Part shown: positions 51,271 through 64,000 of the stretch, one piece after another
Layout: each line of letters opens with the position of its first letter
How positions within the stretch are numbered: position 1 is the first letter of the stretch
DNA from: Eutreptiella sp. 'Long Island Sound 2002'
Taxonomy: Eukaryota > Protista > Euglenida
Direction: 5' to 3'
Length of the DNA: 64,000 nt
Assembly (NCBI GenBank): GCA_964036045.1
Contig: OZ038378.1
Location: forward strand, 141,360,001 to 141,424,000
Program-made: the position numbers and the translations under genes
The notes under the pieces: model-generated
What the model was told of the DNA's origin: nothing
The model's database searches: none
The model's input: only the letters and a program-made list of their open reading frames with translations

Positions 51271-51470
51271 NNNNNNNNNNNNNNNNNNNNNNNNNNNNNN
51301 NNNNNNNNNNNNNNNNNNNNNNNNNNNNNNNNNNNNNNNNNNNNNNNNNNNNNNNNNNNNNNNNNNNNNNNNNNNNNNNNNNNNNNNNNNNNNNNNNNNN
51401 NNNNNNNNNNNNNNNNNNNNNNNNNNNNNNNNNNNNNNNNNNNNNNNNNNNNNNNNNNNNNNNNNNNNNN
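51271..51470. other. Assembly gap (200 N)
   Basis: Run of N in the sequence. Confidence 1.
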
Positions 51471-53896
<2,426 letters not shown>

Positions 53897-53898
<2 letters not shown>

Positions 53899-53920
53899 TC
53901 TAATGTACACCCCTCTCCCC
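53897..53920 (-). mobile_element. 3' terminus of another member of the (TA)n-inserted asymmetric-TIR family, opposite orientation
   Basis: cctctaatgtacacccctctcccc is the reverse complement of the 53157-53180 terminus with two mismatches and abuts (TA)n. The interior is different. Confidence 0.8.
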
Positions 53921-55399
53921 AACTCTAGGTGGCTGCCTGCCGAAAAAAAAGTTTTTCCTACACACCCAAAACCTGCCACAACAACAAACAACATGAATAC
54001 ACACAGCCATCTGCGCAATTATTTTGCCTATTCAGCAATGCGGTTGTTGACATCACCTTGGTGACATCACCGTTGACACTAGCCGTAGCAGTTGCGGTGG
54101 TAGTTGCGGTGGTCGCTGCAATTGCACTGGTTGTAGCAGGTGCTCTGGTGGCAGAAGCTGATACGGTGCAGGAACTTGTAGCAGCGGTCGTGGAATTAGT
54201 GGAACTAGTGGCAGACGCCACTGTGCTGGTGTTCGTCAGAGTTGTAGCAGCAGGTTTGGCAGCAAAAACAGACAGGGTTGACAGTAACGTATACAGAGCG
54301 AACACAATTCAGCATCTGTTGGCAGTTAAGAATGGGGTTGCGCGACTTGAGCTCAAACAGAAGGTGCAAGATCTGTCACTGCCTGCAAGGAGGAGTGCTT
54401 ACAGCCACAAACATGACAGGCCATGGAGGTAAACGCAGCCTGTCCACGCAAGAAATAAGACACGTGGACACTAAGTACTGTCAATCTTGAAGAGGGCCAA
54501 GAATCCAACAAATCGGCACAAAATCGGAGCAAATCGGGAGTTCAGCCCCAGCCGGGGGGGGGGGTGTAATTGTGCCTGTTTGGGGTGGGGGTGATGCTTT
54601 GGGGGGGGGGGGGGGGTTCCAGCCAGAGGGCTCCATGGAACCCTGCACTAGAGATTGAAGACCCGTCCACCCTTGGGGAATACTGTTATTGGACAAAATA
54701 AGGATAACAAGGGTTTAACCCCCAAACCTGTTGTGCCATGGTATGCAGTTCCAAAAACTTCGTGCACTTGAGGTCAGGAAATGGGAGTGTACCCCCCCAC
54801 CTTCTGATCCCTGCCATGCATCTCCAGGAACTCGGGCCCTAGCAGCTAGGTTTGCGGGAAAAACTTGGGAACCCCCTATGAAAAAAACAAAAAGCGGTCC
54901 CATGTCTGGGGGACAAAAAGTGGCATATACGAGCCAACATACCCCAACACTGCCTTGGGTGCTTTCTCATGGCCACATTGATCTAATAAGTGATGTGATA
55001 TGATTTTGGGATGAAAATCTTGAAAACTAGGCTGACAACTACTTTTGTGGGGCACTTGGCCATTCCTAGAGTCCACGCTTCAAAATTGCAAATTGCAAAA
55101 TAGTAGCAAGTGATGAGTTGCCAAAACTTGGCAAAACAGGTAGCAGACTACCTAAAATAGGCACATGGCACTTAATAGCAGAGGCAAGGTGTGGAAATCA
55201 GTTTTACATGATGATTTCAAAAAAACAATGTTGGAGAACAGTCTCCATGGGCAAGACACGAAAACTTAAAAGCTAGCTTATTTCTGGGACCTGTTGGGGA
55301 CACTGTTGGGTCTTTGGCCGAAAATTTAGGAATGTCTGTTGCCATAAGCCAATGTGTTTTCTGCCATAAATTTGGCAGAATCTGAAACACCACGCATAC

Positions 55400-55430
<31 letters not shown>

Positions 55431-55663
55431 ACAAACCCCTATCTCAACCTCGCATCTAAAACGGATGAAAAGCCGATTCTGGGTGACCCCTCACCACATC
55501 TCCCATACCCCAACCACAGCGTAGCCCTCACCACAACACTGAAACAGCCCCCTTGTACCAGTACCACACCTCTAACATGTGCAGCAACCTTCACACCCAC
55601 ACCACCTCGTCCGGACCCGGCTTACCTCTTGCATGCACAACCCTCACCAGCTGACCCACATAC

Positions 55664-55845
55664 CACAGAGGTGGCCCACAAGAAAAATGTATCTCCACTT
55701 TGGTCCATCTTAAAATATGCAACAATGCGAAGGAGCACCCGCCGCTCATGGGTCTGCATGTGCGCCGCCATTCGGCGGCACACATCTGCGCACCGCTTTT
55801 GCACCAAAGGCCCCACGAACACTTCTGTTGTTTGGTGTGGTTGCC
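55664..55845 (-). CDS. Host gene exon 4 (G-QPHQTTEVFVGPLVQKRCADVCRRMAAHMQTHERRVLLRIVAYFKMDQSGDTFFLWATSV)
   Basis: ctgcag acceptor. Phase 1 matches the exon 3 donor. Donor gtatgt at 55663, with an alternative gtaagc at 55625. Confidence 0.8.
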
Positions 55846-57160
55846 CTGCAGAATGTGGAAGTCAACGAGGAAAACGATGGCCAGGATCCAGGATGAAGGG
55901 CCTGGGTGTGGTGCGTGGTCCCAATGTCCACACTGCCTGTGTGGACACTGGGACCACCCAGACCAAGCCCAGGGGAATGAATGAAATCTGGAGAAAGCAT
56001 ACAGCCTTGGGTTGGAGTGTTTGGTAAGACTTAGTAACAGATGAGGTAAAACTTGGTAAACTGTGGCAAAACTTAGTAAAAACAAATTTGTGGAAATTCT
56101 TTGTCTACTATGTAACAAGGTAAAACTTAGTTAAAAAAATGTTTTACTAAATTACACACTTCGATGTCAGGTCATACTTTTGTTTAAGGGCATAAAGGCG
56201 TGACGAGGGGTTGAGTGCAGTGCAGCCGAGTGGAAGAGGAACAACACAAGGATGAACCAAGAGGCACCATGACATGACTGATGAAATCAACCAAGGAGAA
56301 GAGCAGCAGATGTCTTACAGTTGGTTGCCGCCCGAAGCTGTCTGTTGCTGCAGTGGAGGCTGGGATCGGTGCCAGTAGTGTAGCTTGGACAAGGAGGCGG
56401 GAGGGGGGAAGACTGGTGGGGGGCGGGAGCCCTGTGTGTGTGCTGGATACTTTGGCGTACCCGGGTGTGCAACTTCAAGCCCTGCAGATGGCAACGGATC
56501 CCCAGTCTGAGCAACCCTACGACCACACTTTGATGCTCGGTGGTTTGGGGTGCTTTGGGCTCATTTGGACTGCCCTGGGGTGCCTTCAGGTGGCTTAGGG
56601 TGGCTTGGTGCCCTCCTCATGCAACCCCTTGGAGTCCCCTGTCGTTTCCTTGCCACCCATCGCCTCCGTTCATGCATTCCTGTCTCACGCCTTGCCTTCG
56701 TGCAGGCTGGCAACACTGCACGCACTTTCGAATCCGCAGCCGATGCCATGTCACCTATCTGGCCTGCCGGCTCTGGTTTGGTGGGGCTTGTCCTGCTTGT
56801 CCCCAACCCACACCCCTCCAGGCCACTCTCCCCCGTACCTGCAGAACCGCACACCTGCACGCCTCTCCAAACCCCTCCGAACAACACAGCCCTCCACTGG
56901 AAGGCGCTGGACACATGCTGTCTTGATCTCAGTATTCCCTCGCGTGAGCCGCCAGCGGGGCCTCGCGGGCTGCGATCCACAGGTACATGCGGATTAGTCT
57001 TGGTGGCTTCCTTCGCAACGACCGCCAGTGAACAACCTGCGCCTTCTGCCGCGGACACACGCGCCATTCACAAAACCCCCGCCGTGAGCGACAACAAGGG
57101 CCCATTGCATCCGAGTCACCCACATCGCCCCCCCCCCCCCCCCAGGCGGCGCACACACAC

Positions 57161-57407
57161 CTTCGTGGGTCACACACTTGTCGTGCAATGAGAATCGCGT
57201 GTCATACAAATTGTTGACGTTCTTGCGGCGGTTGACCAGGCACATGAACGGCGTCCAGACGCACTGAATGGACGTGTTGTGGTCCAGTTTGGGGACCACG
57301 AACTTCTGCAGGAAAGAGTCTGGGCGGCGCTCGCGCTTGTTCAGGAACACGGGGATGGCGTCGGCGGAGAGGAACTCCACGGAGGTGGCGTCCGTCCCGG
57401 CATCCTC
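57161..57407 (-). CDS. Host gene exon 3 (EDAGTDATSVEFLSADAIPVFLNKRERRPDSFLQKFVVPKLDHNTSIQCVWTPFMCLVNRRKNVNNLYDTRFSLHDKCVTHE)
   Basis: ctgcag acceptor, gtgtgt donor, 247 nt, strongly biased GC3 codons, globular composition. Confidence 0.88.
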
Positions 57408-57646
57408 CTGCAGAGCATGCACGGCAGTCTCGCCTTCATCCCAACCCCAACCCCCTAATGTCTCGTACATGTTTTCCCAATGAACCCCGTCACCTGCCGC
57501 AAAGCTCCATGCCTCAGGAACACCTGACAAAAGGGGGACTCGCAAGCATAGAGTTGGATGATGTGCTAACTGATGCCCCCACTCACAGGCCATCAGCACC
57601 TCCAATTGAGTTCAATGTGACCCCTCGGCACCGCTTTCCATACCCA

Positions 57647-58339
57647 GGGGGGGGGGGGGGGGGGCAACTCCTCGGGTTTGAACGCCAACTAACCCCCCCC
57701 CAAAAACCGTTGGCCGAAGGCCCCCAAATGGGAAGGGGGGGGGGCTTCTGGGAGGGGCGATGCGGGGGGTTTTGGGAGAGGTTTGGGGGGGGGGGGGTCC
57801 AGGAGGGTCGGTTTGGGGGGGGGGGGGATCCAGGTGGGGCAATTTGGGGTGGGCCCGGGGGGTGGGGGCACATGCCCCCAAGGCCAAGCGTTGGTCAATC
57901 ACAGGCTCTGCTTACCTCCCCTTGCTCTCCCTCTAACCGTACCATCACCCTAAACCTAACCATAACCTTTGCAGCGAGCTGGTTTGGCCATGCCAGCAAT
58001 GTTGATTACGCTGAATAAGATACCCCAAATTTCGTTCATGGCTGTTTTCCCACATCGTTGCCCTCCAATTTGGACCCCAACACTAACTCTGACCCCAGCC
58101 TAGGGTTAGAGCTAGGGTTAGAGTTAGGGCTAGGGGAAGGGATAGGTGTAGGGTTAGGACTAGGCTGAGGGTTTAAGGATAGTGTTGGGGTGCAAAGTGG
58201 ACAAAATTTTCCTTCGGGCGCCTTTGGCGCCCATGGATGCCTGAGGGTGGCACCTTTGGCAACTAACTGTTGGCCGGAGGCCCCTAGGGGGGGGGGGATA
58301 GTTGGCGTCCTAGGACCCGTGGAGTGCCCCCACCCCCCC
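57647..58339. mobile_element. TIR MITE copy 2 (uninterrupted, in intron 2 of the host gene)
   Basis: TIRs ggggcaactcctcgggtttgaacgccaacta and tagttggcgtcctaggacccgtggagtgcccc. Colinear with 3051-3494 plus 6929-7260. Confidence 0.85.
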
Positions 58340-58738
58340 ACACCAGGTCCATACCATTTTATAAAGGCCCGGCACGAAACCTCATTTCTCCAAGCCCCCC
58401 TCCCTCCTCCTCCACCGGTCTTCCGTGCCGCCCTTCTCGCGGAACAATTTTCAAATCGCTCAGGGAGGGGTGCTTTGAGATCTTTGGCCACACATGCGCG
58501 TGGGGATCGATGGAGACCCTTGGCCGGACCTCCCCCCACTCCCCCTGGAAAAACTGGGGAGCTCAGTTGATATCCAAACCCATGACCCCCGGGTGTCCGC
58601 TCAGGACGTGACTTAGGCTGCCTCTGACAGGTCCCTGGGCTGGAAATCGTTAATCCCATCTCTCAGGCTCGGCCTCCCCCTGTCTTCCTCAGCAGTCCCA
58701 CACAGTTCACATCTTGACGAGGTTGAAGAGGTTTTGAC

Positions 58739-58867
58739 CTCCATGAACTCGCGCTTCCGGAACATGAAAGTTGCTGCACAGGGGCAGCCGCTGGGCTTCC
58801 CAAAGGTCTGTTGGATCTCGTCTTTGTTGCACTGCTTCTTTTCCTTCCGAACGACCTGCTTTGTGTC
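58739..58867 (-). CDS. Host gene exon 2 (DTKQVVRKEKKQCNKDEIQQTFGKPSGCPCAATFMFRKREFME)
   Basis: ctgcag acceptor, GT donor (gtcaaa), 129 nt, phase 0-0 consistent with both neighbours. Confidence 0.75.
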
Positions 58868-59899
58868 CTGCAGTGCACAGCAACGCCAAACTAGCCCTGT
58901 GCCACACGAGCACAGGCAGACAAAGGCCGTGCACAGGCACGGACCAGCAACGTCCCCAGTCCAACCACGATGGGTGTATTGAAGGCACAACGCCCAGCGG
59001 TGCTCGCGGGGTACAAGGAATCGGCCCCAGGAGCACCACGCGCAGTGCCTGAGAGCCATGATGAGTGGCTTGGGTGCAGCACCTGTCCCCCAAACCTTAG
59101 ATGTAGCCCACAACACCACCACTCCAAGGGTCACGTGTGCATTCCGTTTGTCGAGTGCAGGTGGGGTCTGCGTTGAGGAGGGTTGGAATAGAAAGAGGTG
59201 GGTATGTGGATCGTTGAATGCGTGGCTGTGGGATTTGTGTTGCGTGTCTGCGACGCCAAAGTGTCACATGGTGCCATGCTGGAAGGCTTCTCTTGTCACC
59301 AAAGTGTCTCCTGGTGCCACAGCAGAAGAAGTTTCGTGGTTCTCTGGTACCATGGTACATGCATTCAAGATGCACCCTAAAATCCATGTACCCCTTATGC
59401 ATTTCATGCAGCCCCACATGACAGCATGCACTCCGACGGAGCCTGGTTGGTAGCACTCCGACCGAGCCTGGTGGTTGGATGTTGGGGGATTGTGGATCAT
59501 GCGGTTGCAAGGCCAAAAACGGCAAGAACTCTCGCACTTTTGCAATTGATATCATCTGACAAAGTGCAGGGTATGTGACATCACTGAAGATGCACTGCAT
59601 TGTAAGAAGAAGCACATGTGCTCACCAATGCTCAACAAGAGGTCGTGCTTCACCCCCCCCCCCAAAAAAAGTCAATCCAAGGGAAACGAAGCCCCATACA
59701 CAAAGGTCCAAGAAATATGCGCGGAGCCCAAGCAATTTGAGCCCGAGCCCACAACCTCCCGAAATACACTTGCGCTCTCCTAGGCCAGGAGCTACGCCTG
59801 TGGTATGCGACTGCCTTCTGCGCTCTGAGCCATTTGTGGCGAGCGTGGTCTGCGCCCTGATTGCACCGTCCAAACTCCGCTGCCAGGGGACCCACGCCC

Positions 59900-60390
59900 G
59901 GTCACACTTGGGCCGACTCCCCTTCTGAAGGGTACAACTTCGAAGGGTGGGGGAAGATGTCCAGGGGAGCCCCATGCCCGGTCACACTCGGGCCCAATGC
60001 ACATTGGGGAACATGTCCGGGAGCCAACTCCCGTCCCAACGTCACATGCACGGTGCCTCAAACAAGCATCCGCACTACTGCATCCGCACTACTGCAGGCA
60101 TCCACGCCGCTGCGGGCTGCAGCGTCCTGGGTGTGACGTACAAGTTCTCCGACAAAAACTCCTAGGAAATGCAAGTTCTCCAACTCCAAGGTACGTACAG
60201 GTTCTCCAACAGAGGATGGAAGGGTTCCAGGGTTATAGTGGACCGGTGGCCAACACAGGTCTATGCGAAGACCTCCTGCATGAAATCTCCAGGCAAGGGC
60301 GGGAATGCCTGTGGGTGAAAGTGCCATCCCATGTAAACGTCCCCGGCAATGAAGAGGCGGACAGATTGTCCAATGCTGTGGGGTGCTGGG
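59900..60390 (+). pseudogene. Decayed RNase H1-like domain, probably retroelement-derived, in intron 1
   Basis: GPVANTGLCEDLL...CLWVKVPSHVNVPGNEEADRL (about 60235-60370) matches the RNase H C-terminal W-x-KV-x-S/GH...GNE-x-AD motif. PQTSIRT upstream resembles QTNNRAE. Confidence 0.75.
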
Positions 60391-61200
60391 GGTTTAACAG
60401 CAGGGCCTCTGTTGTTGAAATCAGTTTTTTCCATTGCCACACACCCCTCCCCGCCTGGTACATACAGATACTCTGTCAGTGCAGTTGCATGGGAAAGACT
60501 TTGTGTGCGGCATTCCAGCGCCAGCATGGGAGGGACTCCAAAGGGCAGAAGCAGCAGAGGGGCAACTGTCCCACTCTCACCTTGTAAAAGTACTTTTCCC
60601 AAGGGGCTTGGAACAAGCAATGTAAACAATGTAAAACCAATGTGTACACCCGGAAATACTAACCAGCACACTTACTTCGCCTTTGTGCCCTCCCCTCCCA
60701 AAATGACTGGGTCCACTTGGTGTCGTACCTTGGGGAACCCTGAGTTCCTTAAAACAGCATGCAATTTCATTCGGCTGCATTTTGAATGTTTACCAGCACC
60801 GGTTTGGGGTGCAAAAGTCAGGTTATTGACAAGGATAGGTCCCATAATGTCGGTCAGCTTCCCACCGACATCAATTTCAACTTCCTGCCACAGGGGGGGG
60901 GGGGGGGAAGCAGGGGTTGAATGGGATTTAGATCCGGCTTGCAGCGCTATCAGCCAATCATGAGGTCAACCTACTGGACAACCCATCACTCTCCATTTAT
61001 TCCTCTTCAAGTGCGGTTTGGACCAAACACTGCAAGTGGTGATCATGATTTTCCACACATCTTCATAAGACACAAGTGTGGTGCACCACCTCAACCCTCA
61101 CCTGAAGAAAGAAACAGGAATGAAGACACAAGGGTTTCGATACACAAATTGGGGCAGCTGCCCTTTGGTGATTTGCGTTCTCTGGGGCATCTAGACGTAC

Positions 61201-61356
61201 CTGATCGTAATAGAACCATGCGTGTAGTGACCCATGTTGATAGGTAATCGTGGAAGGGATGCGCACATCAGCCCCCATTTTTGTGGGGTCCCTTTGAGCT
61301 AAGAGATCAAACAATCCAATTAGAGAGAAATCCGTGTCACAATCTGGGGTACTCAT
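61201..61356 (-). CDS. Host gene first coding exon (MSTPDCDTDFSLIGLFDLLAQRDPTKMGADVRIPSTITYQHGSLHAWFYYDQ)
   Basis: ATG at 61356, donor gtacgt at 61200, phase 0 joins exon 2. The start codon is assumed. Confidence 0.7.
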
Positions 61357-62095
61357 AGGCCTTTCGTTGCCAGTGTCACCTTAAAGCACCATGCTTTGGC
61401 TCAGTTGAGCAAGGACAAAGGATCCGCGGACCTTGCACACCTGCCAGCTACCTGAAGTAGGCAGCAGACATCAACACCATTGAAAAACACTCTAAATGGG
61501 GACAGCAAGCGAGGGGGGGTCCAGGGCAAGGCTGGAAGCAAAGTTTGGAAGCAAGCTCATCGCCATCACATTTGCCGTCTGTCCTGTAACATTAGGGTTT
61601 TGCGATGCAAGAGCAGATCAACAAGAGTGCTTGTCAAAAATCCATGGATCAACTTCTGATGGTAGCATCCGGTGGTTGAACCAATGTTCTCCTGCATCAC
61701 AATCCGGTCTCGTCTCCTGCCTTGTATCCTAACATGCATATGTGCACTTTTGCGTGACCTGTGTGGTATGTGCTGCTTGTTTTTGTGTGTCCCACTGACC
61801 TGTGTGTGGGTCATCAGGCACATGCCTGATATCAGGTCACATCTTTTTGTTCGGAGCTGGATATCGTGTGCGGAATTGGCTGGACGGTGTACAAACACTC
61901 CAAGCTAGACCCAAGGCGTTGGGCCCAATGGTCAAGTTTGAGCACCACCATGAGTGTCAGTAGATCCCTCGTTGGGGGGAAGGCCTTGACGGAGCGTAGG
62001 GCAGCCTAAGGCAATCGTTTGGCAGGCACCCATCCAGCTAAGAAGTCATATTTTTGAACAACAGCACGAATTATGGTTCTGTGACCAATCTGCTG

Positions 62096-64000
62096 TCACC
62101 ACGATGGCCCTGAGCGTGGACCAACTCGTCCCCACCCACCCCGACGTCAGGTGGCACTCCGCGCCCCTCAACGCAGGGTGGCTGAACCCAACTGGATACT
62201 ACTGGATCCCGGAGGCCTGGGGCCACACGTCCTCTGACACCTCGGGAGGGGGCCCCTGCAGGCACATCACCGGGATGGCCCTCGTGGCTGACCTGACCCG
62301 CAAGTGGGCGGTGACCATCCCTGGCACTATGCCCGACGGGGAGGGAGTGGCTGCCTGCCCCCCCCTACAGTACGGCCGACAACGGCCGTGGGTTCACACG
62401 GTGGACGCGGAAGTCCTACTCCACTTCCTACAACACGCAGACCATGAAAGAACCATGGGAGTCCCTGCGGGGGCAGCGAAGGTAGTTTACCAACTGCCCC
62501 TAACATGGCTCTGCGAGCGGCTGAACAGCCGGGGACTACACCCCGAGCACCCCTTCTGGTTCGCCCACGCCACCCCCCACCACAGCGACGCGCTGCTGCA
62601 CAAGGCGGACTGGGCGGCGTCCCAGGACACTGTCCTGCAAAACACGCCACCGGGCTGCAGCCACAGCCAGCTTATAGTCGCCGGCGACGACGGACACCTT
62701 GAGCTGCGGCCGCCCACAATGCGATCCCTTGGCGAAGTGGCCCAGAGGGCGCAGCGCGACCACACGTCGACACACCGGGAGCACACACCCCTGGGAATGG
62801 CCCACGCCACAGATCTCGTCCATGTACGGGACCTCATCACGACTACCACCAATCATCGCGCGCTCCGAGCCCGGGATGGCCGCATGCCGGTACAATCCAG
62901 GCTCCGCACCCGGAAGGAACGACTTTTCGGCGTGTCCATCCTCCCGCAGCCCTGCCTTTTCTGCGGCGGACGGGAGGAAACCCTGGTGCACATGCACGTG
63001 GGCTGCACCGACTTGCGGCTGCTATGGGCACACTACCACCAGACGGTGCAAGAGGCGGCCCGACACCTCCGCCCGGCGACAAAGCGCTGTAGGTTGCCTC
63101 ATGGCGTTCCGTCCGGGAAGAGTGGACAGAGGTTTTCTGCTCTAGATTAATCCCTGAAGCCGCAGAGGCGCAGCTCTGCACGATCGCCCGCTACGACCCC
63201 CCGGGAGAAGCCTCCGTGGACGTTTTCCTCCAACACATGCTCCGACTGGGGGACTTCGACTGGGAGCTCCGCAACCATAGGCCGGAGCAGCTGCTCCGCA
63301 CGCCACACAGCGCGGCGGCGCGAGTGCACCAGTGGCTCACCGCGGCGGAGGGCGATTGCCTGCCTCCCGCCACACGCCTGAGCAGGGATTTCGTGGCCTC
63401 CCTCCGCCTAGTGAAGGGCACACTAGAACGCCGACCCACCCGCGAGGACCCCCACCCATACCAGGACCTGGCGGGGGGTTCCTCGAGGCACTTCCAGAGC
63501 GCCATCTTCTCGCCGTGGATCGTCGGGCGCGGCACAATGACCGCGTGGGAGGCGCGCATGATATGCGTAGAGTGGGCGCATGCATGGGATTGCTCTTGCG
63601 CGGCAACACAACCCCCAGGGACTCCAGCGGAGCAGTACGCCGCAGTCCGCCTGGACGGGTGGGGACCACACACCCGGCCGCGGCCCACGGCGGTCCGCGG
63701 GGCGGGCCCCGATCGCCCGTGGGACGAACATACCACAGAGTGGCTGCGCGAGACCCCGGGGGAACATATCGTCCCTCCTCCGCCAGCCGCTTCCCCCTCG
63801 GCTCGTGCTGCACGCGGCCAACATGCTGCAGGCCACCGGGGTAGGTGTGTGGGGACAGGATGCACCAACCATCTGGTGGCTCCCGCCTGGAGACGAACGC
63901 ACCCGGCTGACGGTGGCCCATTACGAGAAGGGGGGACCCGTTTATGACGACGCTCTGTCCAAGCTGGGCCGTCTCCCGGGACCCCTCCTGCTCCAACTCC
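62096..64000 (+). mobile_element. 5'-truncated non-LTR retrotransposon ORF2 C-terminal part (RNase H-like region, CCHC finger, long extension); runs off the window
   Basis: The 348-aa ORF 62104-63150 contains VDAEVLL...HKADWAA and PCLFCGGREETLVHMHVGC (zf-RVT-type motif). It continues in ORF 63216-63947 after a disruption. There is an abrupt GC shift at about 62096. Confidence 0.8.

Noticed and set aside
53958-54305. Thr/Ser/Ala-rich mucin-like ORF as a host exon
   Set aside because: It is low complexity, and there is no AG acceptor between the upstream in-frame stop and the repeat.
55846-61200. Non-conventional (euglenid-type) introns in the host gene
   Set aside because: All three supported introns are GT-AG.

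Overview
Repeat-dense eukaryotic DNA, probably from a flagellated protist such as a euglenozoan. That assignment is inferred from long G/C homopolymers, TTAGGG-type tracts and GT-AG introns with ctgcag acceptors. The only well-supported host gene is on the minus strand: four exons (61356-61201, 58867-58739, 57407-57161, 55845-55664) splice in frame into 238 aa of an uncharacterised protein, and further exons may lie as far left as about 24.3 kb. The rest is mobile-element material: decayed APE/RT/RNase H non-LTR retrotransposons, a probable DIRS-like remnant, TIR MITEs, a 105-bp satellite with an internal inversion, a ~195-bp tandem array and a 200-N gap. The most unusual feature is a pair of non-autonomous element families with asymmetric terminal inverted repeats (one repeat at the 5' end, its partner 8-19 bp inside the 3' end). 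One family sits as a head-to-tail trimer in a telomere-like TTAGGG tract carried by a MITE, the other sits in (TA)n. They share internal modules but have different termini. No rRNA, tRNA or CRISPR array was recognised, and most ORFs in the supplied track are repeat artefacts.
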